Source: Dehalococcoidia bacterium (lineage in GTDB: Bacteria > Chloroflexota > Dehalococcoidia > UBA2979). Taken from it: DNA of 64,000 bases. Shown here one piece after another: positions 1-9,163 of this stretch (positions are counted from its first letter, which is position 1; the number at the start of each line of letters is the position of its first letter). The notes beneath the pieces were generated by a model that searched no databases, had not been told where the DNA came from, and saw only the letters and a list, made by a program, of their open reading frames with translations. The stretch is taken from the NCBI GenBank assembly GCA_964291495.2, contig OZ219872.1, positions 768,001 through 832,000 of the forward strand. Reading direction: 5' to 3'. Position numbers and translations under genes: made by a program.

Positions 1-718
1 CGAAGCCGTCGCTGGCCTGGTGGTAGCCGAGCGGCAGGTAGCCGGCGCCGTAGCGCCCGGCGCGGACGGCCGCCGCCTTCGTGTGGCCCCCGACGATCAG
101 CGGGACGCCGCCCGGCTGGACCGGCTTGGGGTCGCAGCGGATCTCCGAGAACGAGACGAACTCGCCGTGGTAGCTGGCGACCTCGTTGTTCCAGATCTCC
201 TGCATCGCCTCGATGTACTCGTCGCAGCGCCGCCCGCGGTTCGGCCAGGAGATGCCGAGCGCCTCGAACTCCTCGCGCAGCCAGCCGATGCCGATCCCCA
301 GCTCGACGCGGCCGCCGGAGAGCGAGTCGAGCGTGCCCAGCTCCTTGGCAAAGAGCACCGGGTTGCGCTCCGGCAGGATCAGCACGCCGGTGCGCAGCTT
401 GATGCGGTCGGTCGCGCCGGCGACGTAGGCGAGGGCGGTCATCGGCTCCGGGAAGGCGGCCTCGTCGTAGGGGTAGCGGCGGTACTCGCCGCCCTCGTAC
501 TCCTGGTACGGGTAGCGCGAGCTGTAGGAGGCGGGAATCACGACGTGGTCCGGGAACCAGATCGAGTCGAAGCCCAGCTCCTCGGCATGGCGGGCGCACT
601 CGCGCAGGTAGCCGGGCGAGGTGACGCTCGCGGCCTCGTCGCCGAAGTCCGAGGCCGAGCGGCCGCCGGCGGCGTAGGGCAGGTTCGGCGGGTTGATCAG
701 GTACGCGCCGAACTTCAT
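1..718 (-). CDS. LLM-class (F420-dependent) oxidoreductase, runs off the window edge
   Basis: Manual translation MKFGAYLINPP...AEELGFDSIWFPDHVV...EPMTALAYVAGATDRIKLRTGVLILPERNP...GRVELGIGIGWLREEF; GGAGGTG SD upstream. Confidence 0.9.
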   Translation of the reverse strand, partial: MKFGAYLINPPNLPYAAGGRSASDFGDEAASVTSPGYLRECARHAEELGFDSIWFPDHVVIPASYSSRYPYQEYEGGEYRRYPYDEAAFPEPMTALAYVAGATDRIKLRTGVLILPERNPVLFAKELGTLDSLSGGRVELGIGIGWLREEFEALGISWPNRGRRCDEYIEAMQEIWNNEVASYHGEFVSFSEIRCDPKPVQPGGVPLIVGGHTKAAAVRAGRYGAGYLPLGYHQASDGF

Positions 719-866
719 CGCTCACCTCCGCTCGCCGTGCCGCCCCTCGGAAGGCGCGCCGTGCGCGATGGTAGCCGATGGCTGCGGCAGCGGGAGCCTC
801 GGGAGCGCCGCGCGTTGACGAGCGAGGGCGCGCGGCGCTTAATGGTGCCCCTGCCGGAGCAGCGAT

Positions 867-941
867 GCGGGAGTAGCTCAGGGGTAGAGCATCTGCTTCC
901 CAAGCAGAGGGTCGTGGGTTCGAATCCCATCTCCCGCTCCA
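867..941 (+). tRNA. tRNA-Gly (CCC)
   Basis: GCGGGAG acceptor stem, TAGCTCAGGGGTAGAGC D arm, CTGCT-TCCCA-AGCAG anticodon arm, GGTTCGAATCC T arm, encoded CCA. Confidence 0.97.
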
Positions 942-994
942 CCTTCGTGGTGGCCCGGTCTCCGCACGCTCCTCCGAGACGATCGGCCAGGCGA

Positions 995-2125
995 GTGATC
1001 GAGATTCCCGAGACCTGTCGGGCCGCGCTGCTGGTGGGGCGCGGCCAGCCGCTCGAGATCGGCGACGTGACGGTCCCGGCGCGGCTCGAGCCGAACGCGA
1101 TCCTCGTCCGCCACCTCGTCGCGACGATCTGCGCCACGGACGGCCACGTCCAGCACGGCGACACGCAGGCCTCGCACGACCGCTACCCGCGCGTCCTCGG
1201 GCACGAGATGGTCGGCCGCGTGGTCCGGCTGGGCGAGGGCGTCACCCACGACTCGATCGGCCGGCCGCTCGCCGTCGGCGATCGCATCGTCTACACGCAC
1301 GGCTTCTGCGGGCAGTGCCACCAGTGCGTCGTCGCGCACGAGCCGACGCTGTGCGAGCACCGGCGCGGCTACACGCAGACTCTGAGCACCGAGTTCCCCC
1401 ACCTCACCGGAGGATTCGCCGAGTACGGCTACGTCTTCCCGACGGCCGGACGCGTGCGCGTGCCGGACATCGTGCCCGACGAGCTCGCCTCGGCCGCCTC
1501 GTGCGCGCTGCGCACCGTGGTCCACGGCTTTGATCGCCTGGGCCGGATCCGGGACACGGACCGCGTGGCGATCCAGGGCTCCGGGCCGCTCGGGCTCTTC
1601 GCGACGGCGCTCGCGGTCCGCTCGGGCGCGCCGGCCGTGATCGTGATCGGCGGCCCCGCGGAGCGCCTCGCGGTCGCGCGACACTGGGGCGCCACGCACA
1701 CGCTCGACATCGGCGAGCTGCCCGATCCCGCCGAGCGGCGCGCCCGGATCCTCGATTGGACCGAGGGGCGGGGCCCCGAGGTGGTGATCGAGGTCTCGGG
1801 TGCCCGCAGCGCGTTCCCGCAGGGCATCGACCTGATCGGGCGCGGTGGCCGCTACCTCGTGCTTGGGCAGCGCCACAACGAGGCGGTGGAGGTGCGCCCA
1901 GCGGACATCACGGGCAAGCACCTCAAGGTCATCGGCTCGATCTCGGCCGGCGTCGAACACTACGCACGCGCGCTCGACTTCCTCGCGCACAACCGGGAGC
2001 GCTTCCCCTGGATGGACCTGATCTCGAACCGCTACCGGCTGGAGGAGATCAACGTCGCCCTGGAGCGGATGCGCGAGTGGCGCGAGATCAAGGCGGCGAT
2101 CGTGCTGGACGAGCGGCGCGACTAG
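995..2125 (+). CDS. Zn-dependent alcohol dehydrogenase (MDR family)
   Basis: CATD, GHE, CGQCHQC..C structural Zn motif, GSGPLG; GTG start at 995 inside the 20..2125 ORF. Confidence 0.9.
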   Translation: MIEIPETCRAALLVGRGQPLEIGDVTVPARLEPNAILVRHLVATICATDGHVQHGDTQASHDRYPRVLGHEMVGRVVRLGEGVTHDSIGRPLAVGDRIVYTHGFCGQCHQCVVAHEPTLCEHRRGYTQTLSTEFPHLTGGFAEYGYVFPTAGRVRVPDIVPDELASAASCALRTVVHGFDRLGRIRDTDRVAIQGSGPLGLFATALAVRSGAPAVIVIGGPAERLAVARHWGATHTLDIGELPDPAERRARILDWTEGRGPEVVIEVSGARSAFPQGIDLIGRGGRYLVLGQRHNEAVEVRPADITGKHLKVIGSISAGVEHYARALDFLAHNRERFPWMDLISNRYRLEEINVALERMREWREIKAAIVLDERRD

Positions 2126-3492
2126 CCGGCCTCGGCGGGGACGTCACCCTCCGCAATCATCGCGCGCAGGGAGGCCACGAGCGCCTCGGCGAGCCGTTCC
2201 AGCTCCAGGTCGCCCATCGGCGTCGAGATCGAGCAGAGCGCCTGGTGCTCCCAGATCGAGACGCCGCGGTTGAGCATGTGCCCCTGGAGGCGTCGCACGC
2301 GCGCTCGCTCCTCGGGGCTCCAGCGGGCGCTGCGGTAGCCCCGGATCGGCCGCGTGCTCAGGTGCGGCCGGAACAGCGAGCCGACACCGAGCACCTGTCC
2401 GGGGTAACCGGTGACGGCGAAGGCCTCGCGCACCAGCTCGCGAGCCCGGACGCCGAGCGCGTTGATTCGCTCGACTTCGTCCGCCGTGAGCAGCTCGAGC
2501 GCCGCCGCCCCCGCGGCGGTCGACAGCGGGTTCGCCGCGTAGGTCCCTCCGAACGTGAGCGTCGGCCCGGTCGCGGTATCGAATACGTCCATGAAGTCGG
2601 CGGGGCCGGCGACGGCGCCGATCGGGAGGCCGCCGCCGATGATCTTGCTGAGGCAGGTGAGGTCCGGCGTCACGCCGTAGAGGCCCTGCGCCCCGCCGTG
2701 GCTCAGCCGGAAGGCGATCACCTCGTCGAAGACGAGCAGGCTGCCGTCGCCGCGCGTGTACTCGCGCAGCATGGCCAGGAACCCGGGCGACGGGACGGTC
2801 GGGCCCGTGCGCGGGGCGAACGGGTCGATCACCACGCAGGCCAGCTCACCGGCGCGGCGCTCGAGGATCGCCCGTGCGCGCTCCGTCTCGTTGTAGGGAA
2901 GCACGACCACCGCATCGGTCACGCTGCGCGGCGTGCCCGGCTGGGCGACGGGGCTGGGGTCGCCCTCGCCCCAGTCCTCGGGCTCCGGCTCAACCGAGAT
3001 GTCGACAAAGTCGGAACGGCCGTGGTACGCGCCCTCGAACTTGGCGATCTTCGCGCGGCCGGTCAGCGCGCGTGCGGCGCGCACGGCCATCAGCACCGCC
3101 TCGGTGCCGGTCACGCAGAAGCGGATGCGGTCGAAGGCCGCCACGCGATCGCAGATCAGCTCGGCCAGGCGCTGCTCGTGCTCGTTGGAGAAGTTCGAAC
3201 CCGTACCGCGCGCAGCTTGCTTCGTGATCGCCTCGACGATGCGCGGGTGCGCGTGTCCGTGTACGAGGGCGGTCGAGTGGTTGTTGAAATCGAGCACCTC
3301 GTTGCCGTCGACGTCGGTCAGGCGCGCCCCGCTGCCGCTCGCGGCGAAGAGGGGGTGCGCCCACCCGCCCTCCGCCGCCGGCGCGCGAGCGCCGACGCGG
3401 CTGGTTCCGCCCGAGATCAGGCGGCTGGCGCGCTCCGTCAGCTCAGCCGATCCGGCGTAGCGCCTGCCCTCGCCGCTCGCTGCTCGTTCCAC
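2122..3492 (-). CDS. Class III PLP aminotransferase (GSA aminomutase-like paralog)
   Basis: DVDGNEVLDF, GTEAV, KFEGAYHG, FDEVIAFR, SKIIGGGLPIGA; start uncertain. Confidence 0.85.
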   Translation of the reverse strand: MERAASGEGRRYAGSAELTERASRLISGGTSRVGARAPAAEGGWAHPLFAASGSGARLTDVDGNEVLDFNNHSTALVHGHAHPRIVEAITKQAARGTGSNFSNEHEQRLAELICDRVAAFDRIRFCVTGTEAVLMAVRAARALTGRAKIAKFEGAYHGRSDFVDISVEPEPEDWGEGDPSPVAQPGTPRSVTDAVVVLPYNETERARAILERRAGELACVVIDPFAPRTGPTVPSPGFLAMLREYTRGDGSLLVFDEVIAFRLSHGGAQGLYGVTPDLTCLSKIIGGGLPIGAVAGPADFMDVFDTATGPTLTFGGTYAANPLSTAAGAAALELLTADEVERINALGVRARELVREAFAVTGYPGQVLGVGSLFRPHLSTRPIRGYRSARWSPEERARVRRLQGHMLNRGVSIWEHQALCSISTPMGDLELERLAEALVASLRAMIAEGDVPAEAG

Positions 3493-3554
3493 GCCCCTCG
3501 TTCTACATGCAATCGCGGCTGCGCGGCAGCCGCGGGCTCCGCTACCCTCGATCC

Positions 3555-3896
3555 ATGAGCGACGCATCCGAAGCCGCGCCGGCCACGACCGTGGTCACCG
3601 TCTACCCGATGACCGGGCGCCAGCTGTTCTTCAACGTCCCGCACGCCGTCTGCGAGGAGTGCGACCTCACGGTCCGCCTCGTCCAGCGCGTGGCCGAGGA
3701 CCTGCCCGACGTCGAGGTGCGCATCAAGCCGTGGTTCAACTACCTCTTCGACGCGCTGCGCCGCGGCGGCTGGCACCCGCCCGTGGTGACGATCAACGGC
3801 AAGATCAGCACGCAGGGCGTCGTGCCCGACGAGGCCGAGCTGCGCGACGCCCTCGCGAGCGCGGCCCGCGCTCCCGCCGCCGCCGATGGGGCCTGA
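3555..3896 (+). CDS. Small thioredoxin/glutaredoxin-fold protein (CEEC)
   Basis: CEEC motif and HPPVVTING cis-Pro-like segment. Confidence 0.65.
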   Translation: MSDASEAAPATTVVTVYPMTGRQLFFNVPHAVCEECDLTVRLVQRVAEDLPDVEVRIKPWFNYLFDALRRGGWHPPVVTINGKISTQGVVPDEAELRDALASAARAPAAADGA

Positions 3897-4803
3897 TCGC
3901 ACGAACCTTCCCGCGGACGCAACCGCCGAGGCGCCACGCACCCTGCTCGGCGGCTACCTGGCCGTCGGCTCCACCCGCGAGTGGCTCCGGGCCTGGGTGG
4001 CCGCGCTCGTCCTGCTCGGCCCGGCGAGGCTCGTCCTGTGGCTCGCCACGCTGCCTCGCAGCCGGGCGGCCTGCCGAGCCGCCGAGCGCTGGGCCGCCCG
4101 CCTCGCCGCCCGCCTGATTGGGCTGCGTATCGAGGTCAGTGGCCTCGAGCACATCAACCCGGGCGAGCGCTACGTCGTCGCCTCGCTGCACGAGGGCTTC
4201 GCCGACGGGTTCGCCCTGCTTCGGCTCCCGCTCTCGCTCACCGCAGTCGCGCGCGACGAGCTCGCGACGTTCCCGCTGCTCGGCGGACGGCTGGCGCGAG
4301 GGCGGCACCTGCTGATCCGCCCCGAGCGCCCCATCGCTGGCGCCCGCGCGCTGCGGCGCGGCGCCCTCGAGGCGATCGAGGCCGGCGACAGCCTGCTGCT
4401 CTTCCCGCAGGGCTCGATCCTCGGCATCGAGCTGGCGTTTCAGCCGGGCGCCTTCCAGCTCGCGGGCCGCCTCGGCCGGCCGCTGCTGCCGGTCGTGGTC
4501 ACGGGAGGCCACCGCGTGTGGGAGCACCCGTTCAGCGCCACGCTGCGCTTCGGGCAGTCGATCAGCGTCGTCGTGCTCCCGTCCGTCCCGCCACACGAGG
4601 CCGTCCCGCGGCGGGCTGAGATCGAGCGGCGCATGAAGCAGATCGCCCTCGAAAGCCCCACGCCGCCGCGGCACTTCGACCCGGACCGCGACGGCTACTG
4701 GGACGACTACCGCTACGAGATCGACCCCGCGTTCCCCAACCTCGCCGAGCGCGTCGCCGACCATCGCAGCGGCGCCGAGGGCGCCCTCGCCCGCGGGCCC
4801 TGA
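3886..4803 (+). CDS. Lysophospholipid acyltransferase (PlsC-like)
   Basis: HEGFAD (HX4D) and FPQGS motifs, N-terminal hydrophobic segment. Confidence 0.8.
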   Translation: MGPDRTNLPADATAEAPRTLLGGYLAVGSTREWLRAWVAALVLLGPARLVLWLATLPRSRAACRAAERWAARLAARLIGLRIEVSGLEHINPGERYVVASLHEGFADGFALLRLPLSLTAVARDELATFPLLGGRLARGRHLLIRPERPIAGARALRRGALEAIEAGDSLLLFPQGSILGIELAFQPGAFQLAGRLGRPLLPVVVTGGHRVWEHPFSATLRFGQSISVVVLPSVPPHEAVPRRAEIERRMKQIALESPTPPRHFDPDRDGYWDDYRYEIDPAFPNLAERVADHRSGAEGALARGP

Positions 4804-4901
4804 CCCTCACCCCGAGCTACGCACCGGCTGAGGCACGCGAGTGTGCCGCTTCCCCTGCGTGAGCGGCGGTGGCAGACTCAGCGGCACACGGAGGCCAGCC
4901 C

Positions 4902-5339
4902 ATGGTCCGCTTCGCACCGCTGCTGCTCCTCGTCGCGCTCGCCGCTGCCGCCTGCGGCGGCTCGCTGAGCGTCGAGGAGTACGAGGAGTGGTGCCGCGAG
5001 AGCGCCGCGGAGTACCAGCCGTTCGCCGACGGCAACAGCTGGCGCGAGGCAACCTCGCAGCTCGACCGCTTGCTCGAGGAGGCGCAGGGAATCGAGCCGC
5101 CCCAGGAGCTGCTTGGCTACCACGAGGCGAGCATCACCGCGATCGCCGACCTCAAGGCGGTGGTCGAGACGTTCGATCCCGACGCAACCGTCAACGTGTT
5201 CCAGTTCATCGACGCGCTGATCGCGGCTACCGGGCAGTTCGAGGCGGCCTCGGACCAGCTCCCGAGCGGCCTGCGCCGCGGCATCGAGGACGCAGGTTGC
5301 ATCGCGGTCGCCGAGCCGGAGGCGTTGGAGCACCAGTAG
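4902..5339 (+). CDS. Hypothetical lipoprotein
   Basis: Signal peptide with AAAC lipobox; GGAGG SD. Confidence 0.7.
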   Translation: MVRFAPLLLLVALAAAACGGSLSVEEYEEWCRESAAEYQPFADGNSWREATSQLDRLLEEAQGIEPPQELLGYHEASITAIADLKAVVETFDPDATVNVFQFIDALIAATGQFEAASDQLPSGLRRGIEDAGCIAVAEPEALEHQ

Positions 5340-5418
5340 GCCGCCGGAGCTGCCTCGGGAGCACGCGGTGGCAGACAACTGGTGCTCTGCGCGTATACTC
5401 CCCCTCAAGGAGCTGCGC

Positions 5419-7143
5419 ATGACGACCGCCGCGTCCGACCGCAAGGACGCCCGGACCGAGGCGATGTACGCCGCCCTCGAGGAGGGCATGATCTCCCGCG
5501 ACCAGGAGAAGGCGTCCGATGTCCTCTACGATCTGATCCGCGCCGGGCGGCCGCTGGACGAGCTGCTGCTGGAGACGGTGCGCATCCACGGCCCCTACAC
5601 CCAGGCGCCCTTCCACCAGCGCCTCGACGACGGCTTCGTGCGCTTCGTCAACAACGACCACTGCCTGCTCAGCGGCCGCCTCGCCCTGCGTATGCCGGAG
5701 GTGCTCTCGAAGCAGCATCGCTTCCTGCCGATCGCGCAGACGATGTGGTACGTGCCCACCGGCCTCGATGCCTGGAACCAGCTGCTCGGCAAGGCGCCCG
5801 GGCACTACGGCCGCAGGCGTTACGACCCGGTTCGCTATCCCGTACCGCCGGCCCCCGAGATCTACAACCTGGACGTGCCCGCGCTGGAGCACCCCGAGGA
5901 GCTCGGCAACCTCGACGCACAGCTCAACGAGTGGCTGACGCTGGTCATGCGCAACCAGGCCGGACCGGCCTTCAGCCTGCTCAAGGGGATGCTGCGCGAC
6001 CCGGCCAACCGCGAGCGCGTGGCCGCGCAGATGGTGTTCGCGGGGCTGATCGACATCCAGGACCGCATGCTCTACGTGACCAGCTACACGACGGGCCACA
6101 AGTCCTTCCGCGCCCGCGCCACCGTCGAGCTCGCCGACGCCGTCGGCTGGGATCGCGCGGACCCGATCATCTACGCCGGCGCACCCGACCTCGCCGTCGG
6201 TCCGCACTACTACGCGAACTACGAGATGGCCTGCCGCGTGCTGATGACCGAGCTGGACGACGACCCGCCGATCTCCACGCTGGCCGCCACGCCCGAGTCC
6301 ACCCGCGACTCCGAGCTGTTCGCGCAGGAAGCCGACCTCTCGATCGCGGAGCGCGAGGGGCTGAAGCACGCGGTGCTGCGCGAGCCGGACCCGGCGTACA
6401 TCCACATGATCACCGGCCTGCTCCAGTCCGGCCGCTCCCCGAAGAAGATCCTGGACACGATCCAGATCGCCGCCGCGCAGGTCGTCCTCGAGGCCGGCGA
6501 GCCCGAGAACTTCGGGATGCCGCAGCACTGCTACGAGTACACGAACACGCTCGCCTGGTTCTACGGGCGCTTCAGGCACCGCCACCGCACCAAGCTGCTC
6601 TACGTGGCCGGCTCCTTCGTCAACCAGGCCGCGATGAAGCTGCGCAACACGCCGGGCAACGGCCGCCCGCTGCTGCGCGCCCCCGCCGGCTCCGACCGGC
6701 TCTCCCGCAACCAGGTGCTGCGCGAGCTTGAGGCGGCCACGGACCGGCTCGAGCCGGACGAGGCCGCCAGCTGGGTGCAGGCCTACCTCGACGGCGGCTA
6801 CGAGCGCCGCCCGCTGCTCGACTCGCTGGCAATGAGCGCCGCGAAGCACGGCAACGACCCGCACAACCAGGAGCTCGGCTTCGCGTTCCTCGAGGACTAC
6901 GCGCGCACCAGCTCGCCCGACCGCGACCGCCTGCTCCTCGCCTGCGCCAAGCACACGGCCGGGCACCGCAAGTACGGCGACTCCCTGGAGCTCTACTACC
7001 GCTACAGCGAGGCGTTCGGCCTCGACGCCCACGGGACCAGCCAGGGCGACGGCGACCCGATCGAGGCGGCCCTCGACGACATCGAGGAGATCCCGGTCGA
7101 CGAGCTGCCGGCCAGCGAGCGGAGTCCCGCGCCCGCGGACTAG
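5419..7143 (+). CDS. Hypothetical helical protein with repeated His motifs
   Basis: 574-aa ORF with strong GC3 bias, AAGGAG SD; no family recognised with certainty. Confidence 0.8.
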   Translation: MTTAASDRKDARTEAMYAALEEGMISRDQEKASDVLYDLIRAGRPLDELLLETVRIHGPYTQAPFHQRLDDGFVRFVNNDHCLLSGRLALRMPEVLSKQHRFLPIAQTMWYVPTGLDAWNQLLGKAPGHYGRRRYDPVRYPVPPAPEIYNLDVPALEHPEELGNLDAQLNEWLTLVMRNQAGPAFSLLKGMLRDPANRERVAAQMVFAGLIDIQDRMLYVTSYTTGHKSFRARATVELADAVGWDRADPIIYAGAPDLAVGPHYYANYEMACRVLMTELDDDPPISTLAATPESTRDSELFAQEADLSIAEREGLKHAVLREPDPAYIHMITGLLQSGRSPKKILDTIQIAAAQVVLEAGEPENFGMPQHCYEYTNTLAWFYGRFRHRHRTKLLYVAGSFVNQAAMKLRNTPGNGRPLLRAPAGSDRLSRNQVLRELEAATDRLEPDEAASWVQAYLDGGYERRPLLDSLAMSAAKHGNDPHNQELGFAFLEDYARTSSPDRDRLLLACAKHTAGHRKYGDSLELYYRYSEAFGLDAHGTSQGDGDPIEAALDDIEEIPVDELPASERSPAPAD

Positions 7144-7273
7144 CTGTACCGCCCACAGAGGTGTGAGACACGGCTGAGGGGCTCGCGTCGTCGGTGCCTC
7201 GTCACGCTCGGTCTCGCCACTGCGAACGCTCGCCGCTCCGCCCCGCCGATGGGGCTATACTCAGCCGTGGGGT

Positions 7274-8053
7274 ATGGCAATGGTGAGCGTGGACGCGTGG
7301 CGTGACAACCTGAGTGCTGGCCTCTTCTTGGCCGAGCTGCCATACGGCGCACCCCTCGACGACATCCTCACGCAGGCGCTCGGCTATGACCCGGATGCGA
7401 GCGGCCCGGTTGGGCAAAGGGAACGATACGAGCGACGGTTCCGGCGGGCCCAGGACCTCGGGCAGACTAAGTACCACGAACGGACCCCCGGCTACTTCAC
7501 GATTCACGCGCAGCCCTTCGGCAGTACCTTTCTCTATCGAGCGGTCTGGTATGTCTGGACGAATCCCGAGTCGCGCGTGAATCAGGCTGTGCTCGTCGCG
7601 GATGCCGACTTTGCTGCGGCACGGCACCGACGCGAGAGAGACTTGGCGACTCGTGAGCGGAATGTCCGCGGGCTGGCGGCTGCTGACGATCTGAACCAGT
7701 GGGGTCAGGCAATCGCACGAGGAGACGATCGATCGGCGCTCGCCATCGAGGCCTCGATGGTTGAGGGGGGCACCCTCGGTGAACTTCTGACAAACCGGTT
7801 CGGTCTCCCCTTCGCAGAGGTGGGGCCGGTGCTGGAGCAGATCGCTCAGGGGAACCCCTTCTCCAACGTGCACTTTGATTTCGAACGAGACGCGAAGAAG
7901 CTGCGTCGGCTTCAAGCCGAAGTCCGCAAGGTGGAGAGCCGAGTCGGAGAGAGATTGATCAGGTTGGTTAACCTCAGGACAGGGCTTCCGGCAGACGCGC
8001 AGGATCGCGCACTCGCTGATGCCAGGCACAGGCTCGAGCAGATCGCTGGATGA
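7274..8053 (+). CDS. Hypothetical protein (C-terminal coiled coil), lower-GC islet
   Basis: 259-aa ORF, TATACT -10-like box upstream, ATGA overlap with next gene. Confidence 0.75.
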   Translation: MAMVSVDAWRDNLSAGLFLAELPYGAPLDDILTQALGYDPDASGPVGQRERYERRFRRAQDLGQTKYHERTPGYFTIHAQPFGSTFLYRAVWYVWTNPESRVNQAVLVADADFAAARHRRERDLATRERNVRGLAAADDLNQWGQAIARGDDRSALAIEASMVEGGTLGELLTNRFGLPFAEVGPVLEQIAQGNPFSNVHFDFERDAKKLRRLQAEVRKVESRVGERLIRLVNLRTGLPADAQDRALADARHRLEQIAG

Positions 8054-9069
8054 CCGAGCACTTCGAGCTTGAGCAGCTCTTTGGAAAAGTCATCGACGTT
8101 CAGGTCGATCGGATCGTTCCTGATCCAGAGAACCTCCGCGACGTGTTCGATCAGGACGATATCGCCGATCTCGGCCGAAACATGCAAGAAGTCGGCCAGA
8201 TGGACGAGATACTTGTCTTCCCTGTCCTCGAAGACGACGGCGGGTGGAGCGGCAAGTTCGATCTGCACGACGGTGAGCGACGGTGGCGGGCCGCGCGCGA
8301 GGTCGGCATCAAGGAGCTCCGCGCGAAGGTCGAGCCCCGACCCACAAACGAGGAATTGCTTTACAAGAAACTCAGCCGTGTCCTCCAAACACGGACACTC
8401 GATCCCGAGAGCAAAGTGGCGGCGGTGGAAGTCGCCCTGCGAAGGCTAGACCTGCTTGACAAGCCGGACCAGTGGGAATCGTATCGATCGCGCTTCGGTG
8501 GTGGTCAGGAGTGGCCGCAAATAGTTCGGGTGCTCAAGCTTGCCCCGCGCGTCCGAGAGCTGATGGGCGACGGCGTCATCAACTTCACGCTCGGTCAGTC
8601 GATCGGACGATTACCACAGGATCGACAGGAGGAAGCGGCGAGATTCGTAGTAGCGAACAAGATCAATGGTCGTTATTTCTCGACTCAGATCGTGCCATTC
8701 CTCCTCGAGAATCCGAACGCGACGATGGCGCAGGCCTTCGAGCACACCAAGGTGGGCGACTGGCGCCAGTACATCCGGAGCCCATACCAGAAGGGCCAGG
8801 AGCCGCCAGTTAGTGAGCAACTAGAGCGCTTCCTTCAAGCATGCGTCAGTTGGGAGCGCGCCTGGGAGACTGTAGTCCACACCGGACTCGTTCACGAGCT
8901 CGAAGGCAGTGCAGCATACGAGCACCGCATGAAAGACGCCGCCCGCCGCATCGCAGAACGCGCTGTCGCCCTTATGCAGCGAGTCGATCGCCCTCCGCCT
9001 CACGAGCAGAAGGCGCCACGCGAACTGCGCGAGGGGAGCGTGCGGGACTTGCCGCGGCCGCTTGACTGA
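8050..9069 (+). CDS. ParB/Srx N-terminal domain protein
   Basis: IVPDPENLRDVFD..., LHDGERRWRAA (ParB arginine patch). Confidence 0.85.
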   Translation: MTEHFELEQLFGKVIDVQVDRIVPDPENLRDVFDQDDIADLGRNMQEVGQMDEILVFPVLEDDGGWSGKFDLHDGERRWRAAREVGIKELRAKVEPRPTNEELLYKKLSRVLQTRTLDPESKVAAVEVALRRLDLLDKPDQWESYRSRFGGGQEWPQIVRVLKLAPRVRELMGDGVINFTLGQSIGRLPQDRQEEAARFVVANKINGRYFSTQIVPFLLENPNATMAQAFEHTKVGDWRQYIRSPYQKGQEPPVSEQLERFLQACVSWERAWETVVHTGLVHELEGSAAYEHRMKDAARRIAERAVALMQRVDRPPPHEQKAPRELREGSVRDLPRPLD

Positions 9070-9163
9070 GCCCAAGGGGTGTGGCGCCTGCTGCAGCGGA
9101 TGCAGCCTCGCGACGTCGCAGCTACTCGGGAATAGGACACACTAGCTCCGCAGCCCAGGCGGC

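Noticed and set aside
867-941. tRNA-Gly as an island attachment site
   Set aside because: No duplicate of its 3' end and no integrase seen in the window
20-994. N-terminal half of the 701-aa ORF 20..2125
   Set aside because: Antisense shadow of the LLM gene and overlaps the tRNA; the ADH starts near 995
7120-9075. Possible gene-end duplication around the ParB islet (ccgcgcccgcggactagc vs ccgcggccgcttgactgagc)
   Set aside because: Too short and degenerate to be significant at this GC content
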